Source: a virus
Length of the DNA: 64,000 bases
Virus record (IMG/VR): IMGVR_UViG_3300031132_000002
Reading direction: 5' to 3' (one strand)
Below the pieces are notes generated by a model, which was not told the DNA's origin, did no database searches, and saw nothing but the letters and a program-made list of their open reading frames with translations. Both the position numbers and the translations under genes were made by a program. Shown here in pieces: positions 15,283 through 25,583 of this stretch (position 1 is the stretch's first letter; each line of letters begins with the position of its first letter).

Positions 15283-15474
15283 ATGCATAATTTCCACATA
15301 GACCCAGATATATTGGAGTCTAGGCGTGATTGCTATCAGGCTATTGAGACCATTATAAACAATCCCGCTTTCATTACAAACTATCTCGCACCAGAACAGG
15401 GTCAGTTGAGAAATCTGGTTGCCATTCTTGAGAAGATGATCATCTCTGACGAAAGGCTTGACAGGAATCGTTAA
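15283..15474 (+). CDS. hypothetical protein
   Basis: ORF with AGGT RBS. Confidence 0.5.
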   Translation: MHNFHIDPDILESRRDCYQAIETIINNPAFITNYLAPEQGQLRNLVAILEKMIISDERLDRNR

Positions 15475-15513
15475 ATATGCTAAGGTAAAGACAGGTAGTA
15501 AAAGGAGTAACCT

Positions 15514-15801
15514 ATGAAGAAGCTTAAGAGAAGTGTTGGACGTCCACCAAAAGAACTACAGCAAATTTACGCTATGGATGATGCTCAAGGTACAGTAAAA
15601 GAAATCTTTGCTGATAGATACCTCGAAGCTATGCGTTATATTGCGGATCTAGTGGTTGATGAAAAAGCTTCGCCTAACCTTAGATTTACCGCAGCCAAGA
15701 CGGTCAAAGACCAAGTTGAAGCCTGGCTCGAAGAACATCACGCCTCAATGGAAGCAGAAGACGATCAGGAAGACTCTGAATCTCAGGCCATTGTTATCTA
15801 A
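15514..15801 (+). CDS. hypothetical protein, candidate terminase small subunit
   Basis: VGRPPK N-terminus, helical, upstream of terL; AGGAG RBS and TTGACA promoter. Confidence 0.45.
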   Translation: MKKLKRSVGRPPKELQQIYAMDDAQGTVKEIFADRYLEAMRYIADLVVDEKASPNLRFTAAKTVKDQVEAWLEEHHASMEAEDDQEDSESQAIVI

Positions 15802-15902
15802 TTACCCTCTCTCCTCATTGCGCATTTGCGCCCTTTCTGTTATTGTTACAGCCCCTGTCTAAAAAGCAGGGGATTTTTTACATAAAGACAAGGAGAAATA
15901 AT

Positions 15903-16061
15903 ATGAGAAACTTCGTAGCTAAGAATGACTTTAACCGCGCTTCCACACACAGAGATCGTAAGAACGATTACAACCGAGAGTGGAACCTAGAAGATGAGTT
16001 AGATGATGAACCAAGAGACACTAATCCGGCTGTTGAAGACAGCCAATCCGATGCCGATTAA
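15903..16061 (+). CDS. small hypothetical protein
   Basis: AAGGAGA RBS; MRNFVAKNDFNRASTHRDRK. Confidence 0.6.
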   Translation: MRNFVAKNDFNRASTHRDRKNDYNREWNLEDELDDEPRDTNPAVEDSQSDAD

Positions 16062-16108
16062 AAAGGTAAAGGATAACTCCCCACCCAAAGACATACAGGA
16101 TCTTATAG

Positions 16109-16531
16109 ATGCTAGAAATCGTAAAAGTAGCACTGACTAGTAAATATGTCAGGAAGGGAGTTTTAATCGTAGCTATTATTATTGCTTTGGTGGTCGGAGG
16201 AACGATCCTTCATCACCACATCTACGAGAATGGATACTCGGCTGGAGTTCAATACCAAACACAGGTGTTCCAGAAAGAACAGGATACAGCCAAGGCCAAG
16301 CTGGAACAACAGCAAATCCAGGCAGATAAAGATAGAGCAGGTTTGAATAACACGATCCAAACTCTAACTGACAAATCAAACGCTCTCCAGCAAAAGCTTG
16401 ATGAGAAATATGCCAAACAGAAACAAGAGGTAATTGACTATGCGAAATCTAACGAAGGTACTGGTACTTGCTTCCGTCCTTCTAGTAACGGGTTGCGCCT
16501 CCTCAATGAAAGCTTCCCCGCTAGTAATTGA
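16109..16531 (+). CDS. i-spanin (Rz-like)
   Basis: N-terminal transmembrane segment, coiled coil, C-terminal Cys; overlaps a lipoprotein gene. Confidence 0.8.
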   Translation: MLEIVKVALTSKYVRKGVLIVAIIIALVVGGTILHHHIYENGYSAGVQYQTQVFQKEQDTAKAKLEQQQIQADKDRAGLNNTIQTLTDKSNALQQKLDEKYAKQKQEVIDYAKSNEGTGTCFRPSSNGLRLLNESFPASN

Positions 16532-16766
16532 TCAGTGCAAGGTAGTAGCAACGGCTCCGGTAGCTGGCCCTCCTGATAAGTTAATGCAGCCTAAGTCAAT
16601 CCCAATAAAATACACCGATAGCCAACTTAAGAATGGGGTAACTCCTGGTGAAGTAGTGGCTAATCAAACCGATAATAATAAACTATGGGCAGATGATAGA
16701 GTCAAAGTCGATGGTTTACAGGAATATGTGCATACCCTACAGGAAAAGGGTATTGTAGCTAAATAG
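16440..16766 (+). CDS. o-spanin (Rz1-like lipoprotein)
   Basis: Lipobox LLVTGC; Pro-rich; overlaps the 3' end of the i-spanin gene. Confidence 0.8.
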   Translation: MRNLTKVLVLASVLLVTGCASSMKASPLVIDQCKVVATAPVAGPPDKLMQPKSIPIKYTDSQLKNGVTPGEVVANQTDNNKLWADDRVKVDGLQEYVHTLQEKGIVAK

Positions 16767-16776
16767 GAGTTTCCCT

Positions 16777-18861
16777 ATGGGAAGAGCAGCAGCTAAGAAA
16801 AAGATTAACGTAAATAACATCCATATTAATGCCCAAGAGGGTAAGCAAACTATCGCTATGGAAAGTATGCCTGATGTTATGATCTACGGTGGAGCGGCAG
16901 GATGTGTATCTGCTGAAACGGAATATCTCTCCGCTGACGGATGGAAACCAATCAAGTATTACGATAACGAAAAGATTTATCAATACAATCCTCGCAACAA
17001 GAAACTCGAACTGGTTATGCCATACTTCATTGAGATGGAAACCAAGAAAGATAACTTCCATAGAATCCAGAACGCCGCTGGTATTTTCCAAGAGCTAAGT
17101 ATGGAGCATAGGTTTGTATTTTACAAGAAAAAGAAATCCAAGAAGCATTTTGAAATTGCAGTTGGTGATCTTATTGCTTTGCAGCAGTCTGGCAATCCTC
17201 TAAAAGGATACGTAGAAACCTTCTTTGGTGAGAGAATTCCATTCAACATCAAAGGGAAGCCAAGCACTGCACTCAAGATCTACGAATCTATGCCGACAGA
17301 TGGATTGAAATATTGCTTTGAAACCCCATCATCATACCTGATTCTGCGTAGAGCAGGGCATACATTCGTCACAGGTAATAGTGGTAAGAGTCGTCTGTTA
17401 CTGCTTAAGGCTTTGAAGTTTGCATTCAAAGATCCTTTGTTTGAAGGTGTTCTTTTCCGTAGAACAACTAAAGCACACAGATCCGCTGGTGGACTTTTTA
17501 CTGAGGCCAAGAAATTATTCTCACCTCTGCAACCACACGTTCGTGAATCTTCTATGGAGATTGAGTTCCAAGCCACCAAAGGTGGAAAACTTAAGTTTGA
17601 CCATCTGGAGCTAGAATCTACCGCAGAACAGAACCATCAGGGTACACAGTACTCAATGGTAGGCTTTGACGAGCTTACGCATTTCAGTATCACTCAGTTC
17701 CTGTACTTGATTGGTCGTCTTCGTTCTGAATCAGAAACATCCAGCTTCTGTCTGGCAACCTGTAACCCTGATGCAGATAGTTGGGTATTGAAGTTTGTTC
17801 TTCCTTATTTGGACGAGAAAGGATTCCCAACAGATGAAATGTGTGGTAAGCAGTTATACTTCATCATCAACAACGATGAACCAGTATTCTCAGATTCAGA
17901 ACAAGAGCTAAGAGAATTATATCCTGATCTGTGTAGCCAGTACAACCAGAATACAGGGGAGACAATTGATGTTCCACCTAAGACTTTCGTTTTCATTGGT
18001 GGTACAATCTTTGATAACCCAGCGCTTATTCGCCTTAACCCAAACTACCTGGCTTCTCTGAAAGCACAGACTAAGGTTAACCGTGAACGTCTATTGGATG
18101 GTTGCTGGTATGCTCGTGAGCAGGCTTCTAGCTACTTCCAACGCGATTGGCTGAACAAGATTAGTTATGCCGAAATTCCTAATAATATGACTTATGTTCG
18201 TGGTTGGGATAAAGCAGCATCTATTCCATCTGAAAAATATAAGTACCCTGACTATACAGCCTCTGTTAAATTAGGTAAAGATAGTGATGGTAACATTTAT
18301 ATCTTCGGTGACTATGACTATGACGCAATCGACGAGAAGAGTAAGGTGTATGGACGCTTCCGTAGACTACCAGGCGACAGGGATAAGCTAATCCTTAACC
18401 AGAGTAAGGTTGATGGTACAGAAGTTACTGTGGTGCTTCCTAAAGACCCATCTGGTGCAGGTATCATTGAATATACTGAATCAGCTAAGAAGCTTATCGC
18501 ACAAGGATTCAATGTTAAACCTGATGCAATGCCAAACAACAAAAAGAAACTTCAACGTTTCGTTCCATTCAGCAGTGCTTGTCAGAATGGCTTTGTTTAC
18601 ATTGTAGAGGATTCATTTAACAACCAAGAGACCTTAGATCACTTCTACCGTGAACTGGAAGTATTTACTGGTGAGAGATCAAGCGCAACTATTAAGGATG
18701 ATTTACCCGATGCCGTTGCATCTGCATTTAACACAATCCAACGTGAGCAGGTATTCAACGCTATCAGCATTCCTACTATTTCTGCAAGTACTCGCTGGGG
18801 CCAATCTTCTCTAGGCAAGCCGTCTATGCCTAAGATGCCTTCTAAAATGCGTAGCTGGTAA
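16777..18861 (+). CDS. terL: terminase large subunit (intein-containing)
   Basis: Walker A GGAAG/SGKS split by an insert; Walker B VGFDE; nuclease motifs GWDKA and DDLPDA. Confidence 0.93.
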   Translation: MGRAAAKKKINVNNIHINAQEGKQTIAMESMPDVMIYGGAAGCVSAETEYLSADGWKPIKYYDNEKIYQYNPRNKKLELVMPYFIEMETKKDNFHRIQNAAGIFQELSMEHRFVFYKKKKSKKHFEIAVGDLIALQQSGNPLKGYVETFFGERIPFNIKGKPSTALKIYESMPTDGLKYCFETPSSYLILRRAGHTFVTGNSGKSRLLLLKALKFAFKDPLFEGVLFRRTTKAHRSAGGLFTEAKKLFSPLQPHVRESSMEIEFQATKGGKLKFDHLELESTAEQNHQGTQYSMVGFDELTHFSITQFLYLIGRLRSESETSSFCLATCNPDADSWVLKFVLPYLDEKGFPTDEMCGKQLYFIINNDEPVFSDSEQELRELYPDLCSQYNQNTGETIDVPPKTFVFIGGTIFDNPALIRLNPNYLASLKAQTKVNRERLLDGCWYAREQASSYFQRDWLNKISYAEIPNNMTYVRGWDKAASIPSEKYKYPDYTASVKLGKDSDGNIYIFGDYDYDAIDEKSKVYGRFRRLPGDRDKLILNQSKVDGTEVTVVLPKDPSGAGIIEYTESAKKLIAQGFNVKPDAMPNNKKKLQRFVPFSSACQNGFVYIVEDSFNNQETLDHFYRELEVFTGERSSATIKDDLPDAVASAFNTIQREQVFNAISIPTISASTRWGQSSLGKPSMPKMPSKMRSW
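16903..17379 (+). mobile_element. mini-intein (159 aa) in the terminase Walker A motif
   Basis: Starts CVSAETEYLSADGWKPI; SMEHRF block B His; ends YCFETPSSYLILRRAGHTFVTGN|S. Confidence 0.9.
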
Positions 18862-18950
18862 TATCGCTTGACTTTTAGAATGTTTGGTGTTATATTGGGA
18901 TTAGGAGATCTTTGATCTCCTCTTCTTTTCAACAAACAATATAAGAGGTA

Positions 18951-20510
18951 GTGGTGGCTAAGAGACAATATACCAAAAAGTCCGACTACTGGAACTCAAA
19001 AACTTCGGTACAGAAAGCAGCACCCGTTCCGCAGAAAGAAGAGTCTAATCTAGTTCTCTCTCAAGAAATCGGTACATTGGGCCTAAGTTCAATTCGTAAC
19101 TTCACTGCATTTCTTCATAATCACGAGACTAAGTTCCCAGAGTCTATTCGCACATACAGAGAAATGGGCGAAGATCCAGATGTAGCAACAGCACTTGATG
19201 CAGTTTATACATTTGTTGATAGAGCATTCTTCGATTTCAGAATTGAGTGTAATACCAAATCAGCTAAATCTAAGAAAGCCGCTAAGTTCATCGACTTCTC
19301 TCTTCGCAATATGGAAGCACCATTACGTCAGTATGTTAGATCACTTCTTACATATAAGCAATATGGATTTGCTATTGCAGAGAAAGTTTTCGAAATCGAC
19401 GAAGATCCAAAGAGTCCTTACTTCGGTATGTACCGTTTACAGAAACTTGGATTCCGTCCACAAGATACAATTGATTTGACAACTCCATTCACGTACAGTG
19501 ATGACGGTCGTGAGATCATCTCAGTAAACCAGAACATCACAGGCAGTATGCTGAGTAAAGCATTGCCACAATCTTTGGTCGGTAAGAAGTCTATTCCGAT
19601 TCAGAAGTGTGTACTGGTTGGAAATAACATCACCGATAACAACCCTCTCGGCGTAAGTCCACTGGCTTCTGTATATCGTAGCTGGAGAGAGAAAACTCTT
19701 ATCCAAGAATATGAAGTTGTTGGTGTGAGCAAAGACTTAGGTGGTATGCCAGTACTGATGGTTCCAGGTACAATCCTAAACCGTGCATCTCTAAACCCTA
19801 ACGGGGAAGAGGCTCAGTCACTTCGCGTACTACAGTCGAACATTGCAAACCTACACGCTGGTGAACAGTCGTATATGGTGTTGCCTTCTGATATCTATGA
19901 AAACACATCTATGCGTCAATATGACCTAGTGTTTCAGGGTGTTCAGGGAAGCGGTAAGCAGTTTGACACACAGGCTCTGATTAAGCAACGCCAGCTTGAT
20001 ATCTTTAACAGGTTCGGTGCAGGTGTTCTTATTATGGGCGGCGGGGAAGGTGGTAGTCTATCTCTTTCCGATAACAAACAAACTCTACTTTCTCATTACG
20101 TAGAAAGAGATGTTGATACGATCATTGAAGCAATCCAGACACAGGTAATTCCAACAATGTTGAGAATTAATGGGATGTATCTTTCACAAGAAGATATGCC
20201 TAAGTTCTGTAGCGATGATATTGGTGATCCAGATATCGACACTGTATCTTCTGCAATCCAGAAAATTGTAGGTGTTAAAGGCTTGCCAATGACGCCAGGA
20301 ACTATTAACGAGTTCTTTGCAATGATGGGAATGAAAGAAAGGATTCCTGATGATGTAGCAGCAGACCCTGAGAAGTTTAAAGAGTATGTTGAAACATATA
20401 TGTCAGATCCTAGCTCTCGATCAGGAGATGGAATCGCCGCAGGAGCGGGTAATGGTACATCAACAACTGCTGCCACCCGCGATAATTCAGTAGCGAACGT
20501 AGCTAATTAA
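18951..20510 (+). CDS. portal protein
   Basis: 519 aa directly after terL; YGFAIAEKV and NPLGVSPL motifs. Confidence 0.85.
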   Translation: MVAKRQYTKKSDYWNSKTSVQKAAPVPQKEESNLVLSQEIGTLGLSSIRNFTAFLHNHETKFPESIRTYREMGEDPDVATALDAVYTFVDRAFFDFRIECNTKSAKSKKAAKFIDFSLRNMEAPLRQYVRSLLTYKQYGFAIAEKVFEIDEDPKSPYFGMYRLQKLGFRPQDTIDLTTPFTYSDDGREIISVNQNITGSMLSKALPQSLVGKKSIPIQKCVLVGNNITDNNPLGVSPLASVYRSWREKTLIQEYEVVGVSKDLGGMPVLMVPGTILNRASLNPNGEEAQSLRVLQSNIANLHAGEQSYMVLPSDIYENTSMRQYDLVFQGVQGSGKQFDTQALIKQRQLDIFNRFGAGVLIMGGGEGGSLSLSDNKQTLLSHYVERDVDTIIEAIQTQVIPTMLRINGMYLSQEDMPKFCSDDIGDPDIDTVSSAIQKIVGVKGLPMTPGTINEFFAMMGMKERIPDDVAADPEKFKEYVETYMSDPSSRSGDGIAAGAGNGTSTTAATRDNSVANVAN

Positions 20511-20607
20511 AATATTTTTAAAAAATATTATAAAAGCTATTGACAAATCACCGTATATCCTATAGAATGAGATTTATAGGATATATGTTTTCAAAAGGAA
20601 CTACACT

Positions 20608-21096
20608 TTGAACCTATCTCCAGAAGAGTTTATCGCATTGTCTAAGGCATTGCAACAAGCTCCAGAAAAAGTTGAAATCGACAAGAGCGCACTCTCTGCC
20701 GACAAGACAGAAGACAGTTTACCTATTTTGAAAGTTGAGCAATTTGCAGAAGAGAAAATGCAGGCCATTGAGGTTATGTATTGTCCTCCAGAGTATGATG
20801 ACTTGCACGGCGAACGAATGTCAGAACTTGAAATTCGCAAAATGGTTGATAACTTTAATGAGAACATCAACAACGTTCAAGGTAACTTAGGTCACATCAA
20901 AAACACGAAACAGTTCAAACCAGTTAAAGCCTGGGTGAATGAAGTTGACTGTATGATTGGTGATAACCTCGTTACAGAAGGAACTCCCCTAGTTAAGATT
21001 CAATTCTACGACAGAGACTTGTTTGAAGCAAGAAAAAATGGCGTACTGAAAGGTCTTAGCATTGGTGCTCTCGGTCGCTCAGTCGCAAAGGAATAA
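20608..21096 (+). CDS. prohead protease (XkdF-like), TTG start
   Basis: DLHGE...H...GLSIG catalytic Ser motif; TTGACA-17-TAGAAT promoter upstream. Confidence 0.8.
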   Translation: MNLSPEEFIALSKALQQAPEKVEIDKSALSADKTEDSLPILKVEQFAEEKMQAIEVMYCPPEYDDLHGERMSELEIRKMVDNFNENINNVQGNLGHIKNTKQFKPVKAWVNEVDCMIGDNLVTEGTPLVKIQFYDRDLFEARKNGVLKGLSIGALGRSVAKE

Positions 21097-21100
21097 CTTA

Positions 21101-22213
21101 ATGTCTAATACATATTTAGAAGATATCGACTTCTCCGCACCCGCATCCGATATCTCTTGTGGAGCACATATTGCTTACACATTCGCAGAACAAGGTGGTG
21201 CAGCATCAGGATTTAATACTCCTTTGATGTTCAAGAATAACGCGGCTGACGCTGAACTGTCATTTGAAAAGCTAGAGACTCTTAAATCTCTGGGTGAAGA
21301 TATTACAGAACTGCGTAAGTCTTATGTAAGTCAGATTATGGACTCTCTTCAATCTGCTGTCAATGATAAATATTCTGACGGTTGGAGTTGGGTGAGTGTG
21401 GTGGATGCAGACTTTGATAACAACCTTGTTGTCTTTGTTACAGACTTCGGACTGTATGCTGCCGGATTCACTATTAACGGACTTACTGTTGAGTTGGAAG
21501 ATACTGCTAATCCAGTGATGCCTGTCACAGATTATCAAGTTCTCGACGGAGCGGTTTTAATCTCTATCGATTACTTTGACGATATGATTGATGAAGCATT
21601 GGCTAGTCTGGTTAAGAGCACAATCAAACACTCTCACGTAAAAGAATTACTGGTTAAGGCTAAGGCCAAACCGGAAGAAAACTCTGTGAATGCAGAGGAA
21701 ACTCACGCAGGATCAACTGCAAACACAACCGATATCCAAAAAGGAGAACTCCCATTGGAACTTAATAAAGAAGAGTTTCTGAAATCAGCAGAATTCCAAG
21801 ATCTGATGAAAGCTCAAATTGCAGAAGCTGTAGAAAAGGCTAGCGCCGAAGCTAAAGAAGCTGCACAAGCCGAAGCTCAGGCTGAGATTGCAAAAGCTCA
21901 AGCAGAACTCGAAGAACTTCGTAAAGCTGAACAGGCTCGTGTCGAAGAAGATTACGCAACCGTCCTGAAATCTTATGGCTTCGTGTCAGAAGAAAAAGTT
22001 GACGTGCTGGTTAAATACCTAGTAGCAAACAGTGAAGTAGCTGATGCCATCGTTGAGTCTTTCGATAAGGCTAAAGACGAAGTAGCAACAATCAAAGCTG
22101 AGTTTGCCGCTGAAAAAGGTGCTTCTGTAGAGAATGCTTCTGCTGTAGTTAAAAGCTCAAGTGACCTGATCGCTCGTCGCGCTCAAGAAATGAAAGCCCG
22201 TAAATCTAAATAA
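21101..22213 (+). CDS. capsid scaffolding/assembly protein
   Basis: Between protease and capsid genes; Ala/Glu-rich coiled-coil C-terminal half. Confidence 0.7.
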   Translation: MSNTYLEDIDFSAPASDISCGAHIAYTFAEQGGAASGFNTPLMFKNNAADAELSFEKLETLKSLGEDITELRKSYVSQIMDSLQSAVNDKYSDGWSWVSVVDADFDNNLVVFVTDFGLYAAGFTINGLTVELEDTANPVMPVTDYQVLDGAVLISIDYFDDMIDEALASLVKSTIKHSHVKELLVKAKAKPEENSVNAEETHAGSTANTTDIQKGELPLELNKEEFLKSAEFQDLMKAQIAEAVEKASAEAKEAAQAEAQAEIAKAQAELEELRKAEQARVEEDYATVLKSYGFVSEEKVDVLVKYLVANSEVADAIVESFDKAKDEVATIKAEFAAEKGASVENASAVVKSSSDLIARRAQEMKARKSK

Positions 22214-22232
22214 TTTAAAAGGAATCTATTAA

Positions 22233-22625
22233 ATGGCAACATTTAAAACCTACTCTCGCGGCTTCGGTCGTTACAGTGACCTGGTACTTGGAAACGTATT
22301 CTCTTCTGATCTAGGCCATTGTGTTCGTGAAATCAACCTGGTTAAAACTGCCTCAATGCAACTTGGTAGTGTCCTGACCGCTGCTGGTGTTGAAGCTGCT
22401 TCTGCTAATGACGCTGCTACTGTTCTGGTATGGACTGACGTTACCTTTGACATTGCTGACGTTCCAGTTGGTGAAACCTTCACAGCAGTAGTCGCTAAAC
22501 GTGACCTGACCCTGAATCGCTTCAAAGTTGTTTACTCAGATGGAAGTCTGATTGATGACGCTGGTGTTGCGGCTCTGGAAGAAGTCGGTCTGAAACTGAC
22601 TGCTAAAGTCCTTGTGACTTCTTAA
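22233..22625 (+). CDS. head decoration protein
   Basis: 130 aa immediately before the major capsid gene. Confidence 0.75.
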   Translation: MATFKTYSRGFGRYSDLVLGNVFSSDLGHCVREINLVKTASMQLGSVLTAAGVEAASANDAATVLVWTDVTFDIADVPVGETFTAVVAKRDLTLNRFKVVYSDGSLIDDAGVAALEEVGLKLTAKVLVTS

Positions 22626-22654
22626 TTTCTAACTTTTAATAAGGACGCTAAATA

Positions 22655-23671
22655 ATGGCTTTCGATTTTCAAACTGACCGCAAGGTTGACTTTACTCCAC
22701 TGATTGAACTGGCTCCAACTCAGAACACTCTGATCAGCAGCCTGGGCATCTTCGAGTCATACAACCACGCAACCACTGAGATCCGCGTTGATCGTGACGT
22801 TTCAAGTGACAAACTGATTCCTGCCCGTGTACGTGGCGGTGAGCGTAACTGGCTGACCACTCCTGGTCTGAACGGCGTTGCTGTGACCATTCCGTTCTTC
22901 CCACTTGACCACAACATCAAAGCTCAGGATATTCAGTCATTCCTTGACTTCCTGAACCCAGATGCAGATCGCCTGACTACTCAGGAAGCAGTTGTTAACC
23001 GTTATCTGAACCAGATTCGTCGTAACGTAGCCTTCACCAAAGAACGTATCCTTGCTGATGCAGTTATGGGCCGTGCTTACGTTGGTACTGATGCAGACGG
23101 TTTCCAGAACCAGAACCAGAACTACAACTGGTATGATGTATTCGGTGTTGCTCAAGAGTCAATCTCTATTGACTTCACAAGCACAACCATTGACCCAACT
23201 GAGGTTATCGAAGCTCAGGCTCGTGGTTACATCATCGACAACAAGCAAGATGGTAGCACTGTAAGTAACATCATCGCCCTGTGCGGTCGTCAGTTCTTCT
23301 CTCGCATCATCAGCAGCCCGTTTGTTCGCTCTGCATTCACTTACTACCAAGGTACTCCGAACCCGATTCGTGATCGTATCGGTGGAAACCTGGATGCGCG
23401 TGTTTGGAACTTCAAAGGTGTAACTTACATCGAAGATATCCACAACAACGTTCCAACAAACGAAGCGTTTGTATTCCCAGAGGGCATTTCCAATATGTTC
23501 CAGGAACACTTCGCACCAGCAGATGCTTACGCATACGCTAACCAACTGGCTCAGGATTTCTACCTGTTCCTGATCAACACTGACTGGCGTGTAATGTCAA
23601 TGCAGTCCGAATTCGGAATGCTGGCAGTTTGTACTCGTCCAGAACTGGTTGTTCGTCTGACCACTGCTTAA
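22655..23671 (+). CDS. major capsid protein
   Basis: 338 aa, strongly biased codons, C-terminal VCTRPELVVRLT, followed by a terminator. Confidence 0.9.
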   Translation: MAFDFQTDRKVDFTPLIELAPTQNTLISSLGIFESYNHATTEIRVDRDVSSDKLIPARVRGGERNWLTTPGLNGVAVTIPFFPLDHNIKAQDIQSFLDFLNPDADRLTTQEAVVNRYLNQIRRNVAFTKERILADAVMGRAYVGTDADGFQNQNQNYNWYDVFGVAQESISIDFTSTTIDPTEVIEAQARGYIIDNKQDGSTVSNIIALCGRQFFSRIISSPFVRSAFTYYQGTPNPIRDRIGGNLDARVWNFKGVTYIEDIHNNVPTNEAFVFPEGISNMFQEHFAPADAYAYANQLAQDFYLFLINTDWRVMSMQSEFGMLAVCTRPELVVRLTTA

Positions 23672-23697
23672 TTGTAGCGGAACGATTGGATAATATC

Positions 23698-23729
23698 AAC
23701 CCCTGCCCTTCACAGGGTGGGGGTTTTTT
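23698..23729 (+). terminator. intrinsic terminator after capsid gene
   Basis: ACCCCTGCCCT/AGGGTGGGGGT + T run. Confidence 0.85.
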
Positions 23730-23743
23730 ATTTAGGAGATAAA

Positions 23744-24091
23744 ATGAATAACATTCTCAAGCATTACCACAGCACATACGATATGGTGATGGACTTTGCC
23801 ACTCTTAGTGATAAGATTGACGCAGAAGCTACACTGGCTCGTGCTCCAGAGTTTTCTTTCTATACCAAAGACGGGTCTATTCACCTCGGTGGAACATTCC
23901 TGATCTTCTTGGTTAAAGTCGTTGAAGCCACTGGCATCAAAATTCTTCCAATGTCTAGCCTAGAAATGCCTGGTGTATTTGCTGTTAGCTACGAAGATTA
24001 TTCTCCGGTAGAATCAGAAGCACAAGAGAAGATCGCAGTTAAGGCTGTAGATACTCCTGCTAAGAAAAGAGCTACCCGAGCTAAAAAATAA
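23744..24091 (+). CDS. hypothetical protein
   Basis: AGGAGA RBS before ATG 23744. Confidence 0.7.
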   Translation: MNNILKHYHSTYDMVMDFATLSDKIDAEATLARAPEFSFYTKDGSIHLGGTFLIFLVKVVEATGIKILPMSSLEMPGVFAVSYEDYSPVESEAQEKIAVKAVDTPAKKRATRAKK

Positions 24092-24104
24092 ATAGGAGCG
24101 GATT

Positions 24105-24644
24105 ATGGCATTACAAGCTATTCAGCTTCTACCAACGATCCGTTTACTAACCTACAACCCTAGCCCAGAGACCATTTCAGATGATATTCTTCTGACAATC
24201 ATCCAGGGATGGATTGACATTCTGGGAGACGATGATAAGAACAAGTGCATCGTTTTGTGGAACAGCTTAGTCTCAGCACTAGAATATCTGTTAAACAGTG
24301 ATCTAATCAATCACGCTCAGCAGTCTGGAGGGGCAACCTCAAGGCTTGAGAAAGTTGGACAGGTTCAGGTACAGGTTCAGTACGGAGATGGTAGCAGTAG
24401 CTATACATCACCTTGGCAAGCTATCTACGATAACTACCTCAACGGTACGCTACAGATTCCAGGGTGTGCCATTTCAAATGGTATCGGAAGCAAAGTACTG
24501 ATTGGTGGTGTTAGCGCTACAGAAATTGACAGAGTGAACAGTAACCCTGACGCTGTTAATGGATTAGGTCGTGTCGCTAGTGTAGACAGAAAGACAAGAA
24601 ATATCAAATGGGATCAACCTAACAGGTTTGGTTACTGGTGCTGA
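24105..24644 (+). CDS. head-tail adaptor
   Basis: Synteny; EKVGQVQVQVQY motif. Confidence 0.65.
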   Translation: MALQAIQLLPTIRLLTYNPSPETISDDILLTIIQGWIDILGDDDKNKCIVLWNSLVSALEYLLNSDLINHAQQSGGATSRLEKVGQVQVQVQYGDGSSSYTSPWQAIYDNYLNGTLQIPGCAISNGIGSKVLIGGVSATEIDRVNSNPDAVNGLGRVASVDRKTRNIKWDQPNRFGYWC

Positions 24645-24645
24645 T

Positions 24646-25122
24646 ATGAAAGTCAAAGTAACAAAGGGAACTGATGGTTCCCTTGACAGCATTTTCGCTA
24701 AGTATTTAGCACTAGAAGAGATGCAAGTTGAAGCAGGATTCATCACTCATAAGAAACACCCTGAGACGGGTATTGATATGGTGGAACTGGCAACTATACA
24801 GCAATACGGTAGCGTGACTAAGAACATTCCTGAACGCCCATTTATGACAGATGGTTTTGTTTTATCTCAGAACGAGATTAAGAAGGAACTGCCAGGCGCA
24901 ATCCATAGATACCTGAAAGGTACTAGTTTGAACGTTGCCCTTAAGCCAATTGCTGAAATCTCTAAAGAGAGTATCGTAAAAGCTATCAAGATGCAAAGGT
25001 TTACTCCATTGTCTCCGACAACTATCAAGAAGAGAAGAGAGAAGGGAAATAACAGTACAACCATCCTGATCGATACATCTTATATGATTAACAACATCGA
25101 GACCAAAATCTCTAAGAAATGA
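24646..25122 (+). CDS. neck/tail completion protein
   Basis: YG...IPERPFM...PLSPTTIKKR...LIDT motifs. Confidence 0.72.
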   Translation: MKVKVTKGTDGSLDSIFAKYLALEEMQVEAGFITHKKHPETGIDMVELATIQQYGSVTKNIPERPFMTDGFVLSQNEIKKELPGAIHRYLKGTSLNVALKPIAEISKESIVKAIKMQRFTPLSPTTIKKRREKGNNSTTILIDTSYMINNIETKISKK

Positions 25123-25166
25123 CTTGCATTTATTTTAAATCTGAGTTATACTGAAAGGAGAACGAA

Positions 25167-25583
25167 ATGTTACTTTCACAGTTTAAATTACTGGATTTGA
25201 CTCAGTATCAAGGACGCCGCAGAACTTATGTGGAAAACCCTGACGCTGTATTCTCAAACCAAGACAATTCCATCTTAACCGAAGACTTCATTATTGAATC
25301 CTCTTCTCTACAACCTATTGGTGGCTTTACGCTCCAGGCTGTTCCTGATGGTTATCGTTCTAAAGCACAATACACATTCTGGACAGTGACTGAGATTCAT
25401 CCCCTTATTCAAGGCAGCAGTCAATTGTCGGATCAGATTCTGATCGATGGTAAGTGGTATTCTATCTACGCTCTAAGCGATTGGACAAGAACTTCCTTCC
25501 TGCAACACACTCAGTGTGTAGCTATTTACGATGACCAGGATAACTCTTGGCACGAAGATGTAGATGGAGGAAACTTTGGCTAA
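25167..25583 (+). CDS. head closure/joining protein
   Basis: Synteny; SLQP...DQILIDGKWY. Confidence 0.6.
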   Translation: MLLSQFKLLDLTQYQGRRRTYVENPDAVFSNQDNSILTEDFIIESSSLQPIGGFTLQAVPDGYRSKAQYTFWTVTEIHPLIQGSSQLSDQILIDGKWYSIYALSDWTRTSFLQHTQCVAIYDDQDNSWHEDVDGGNFG

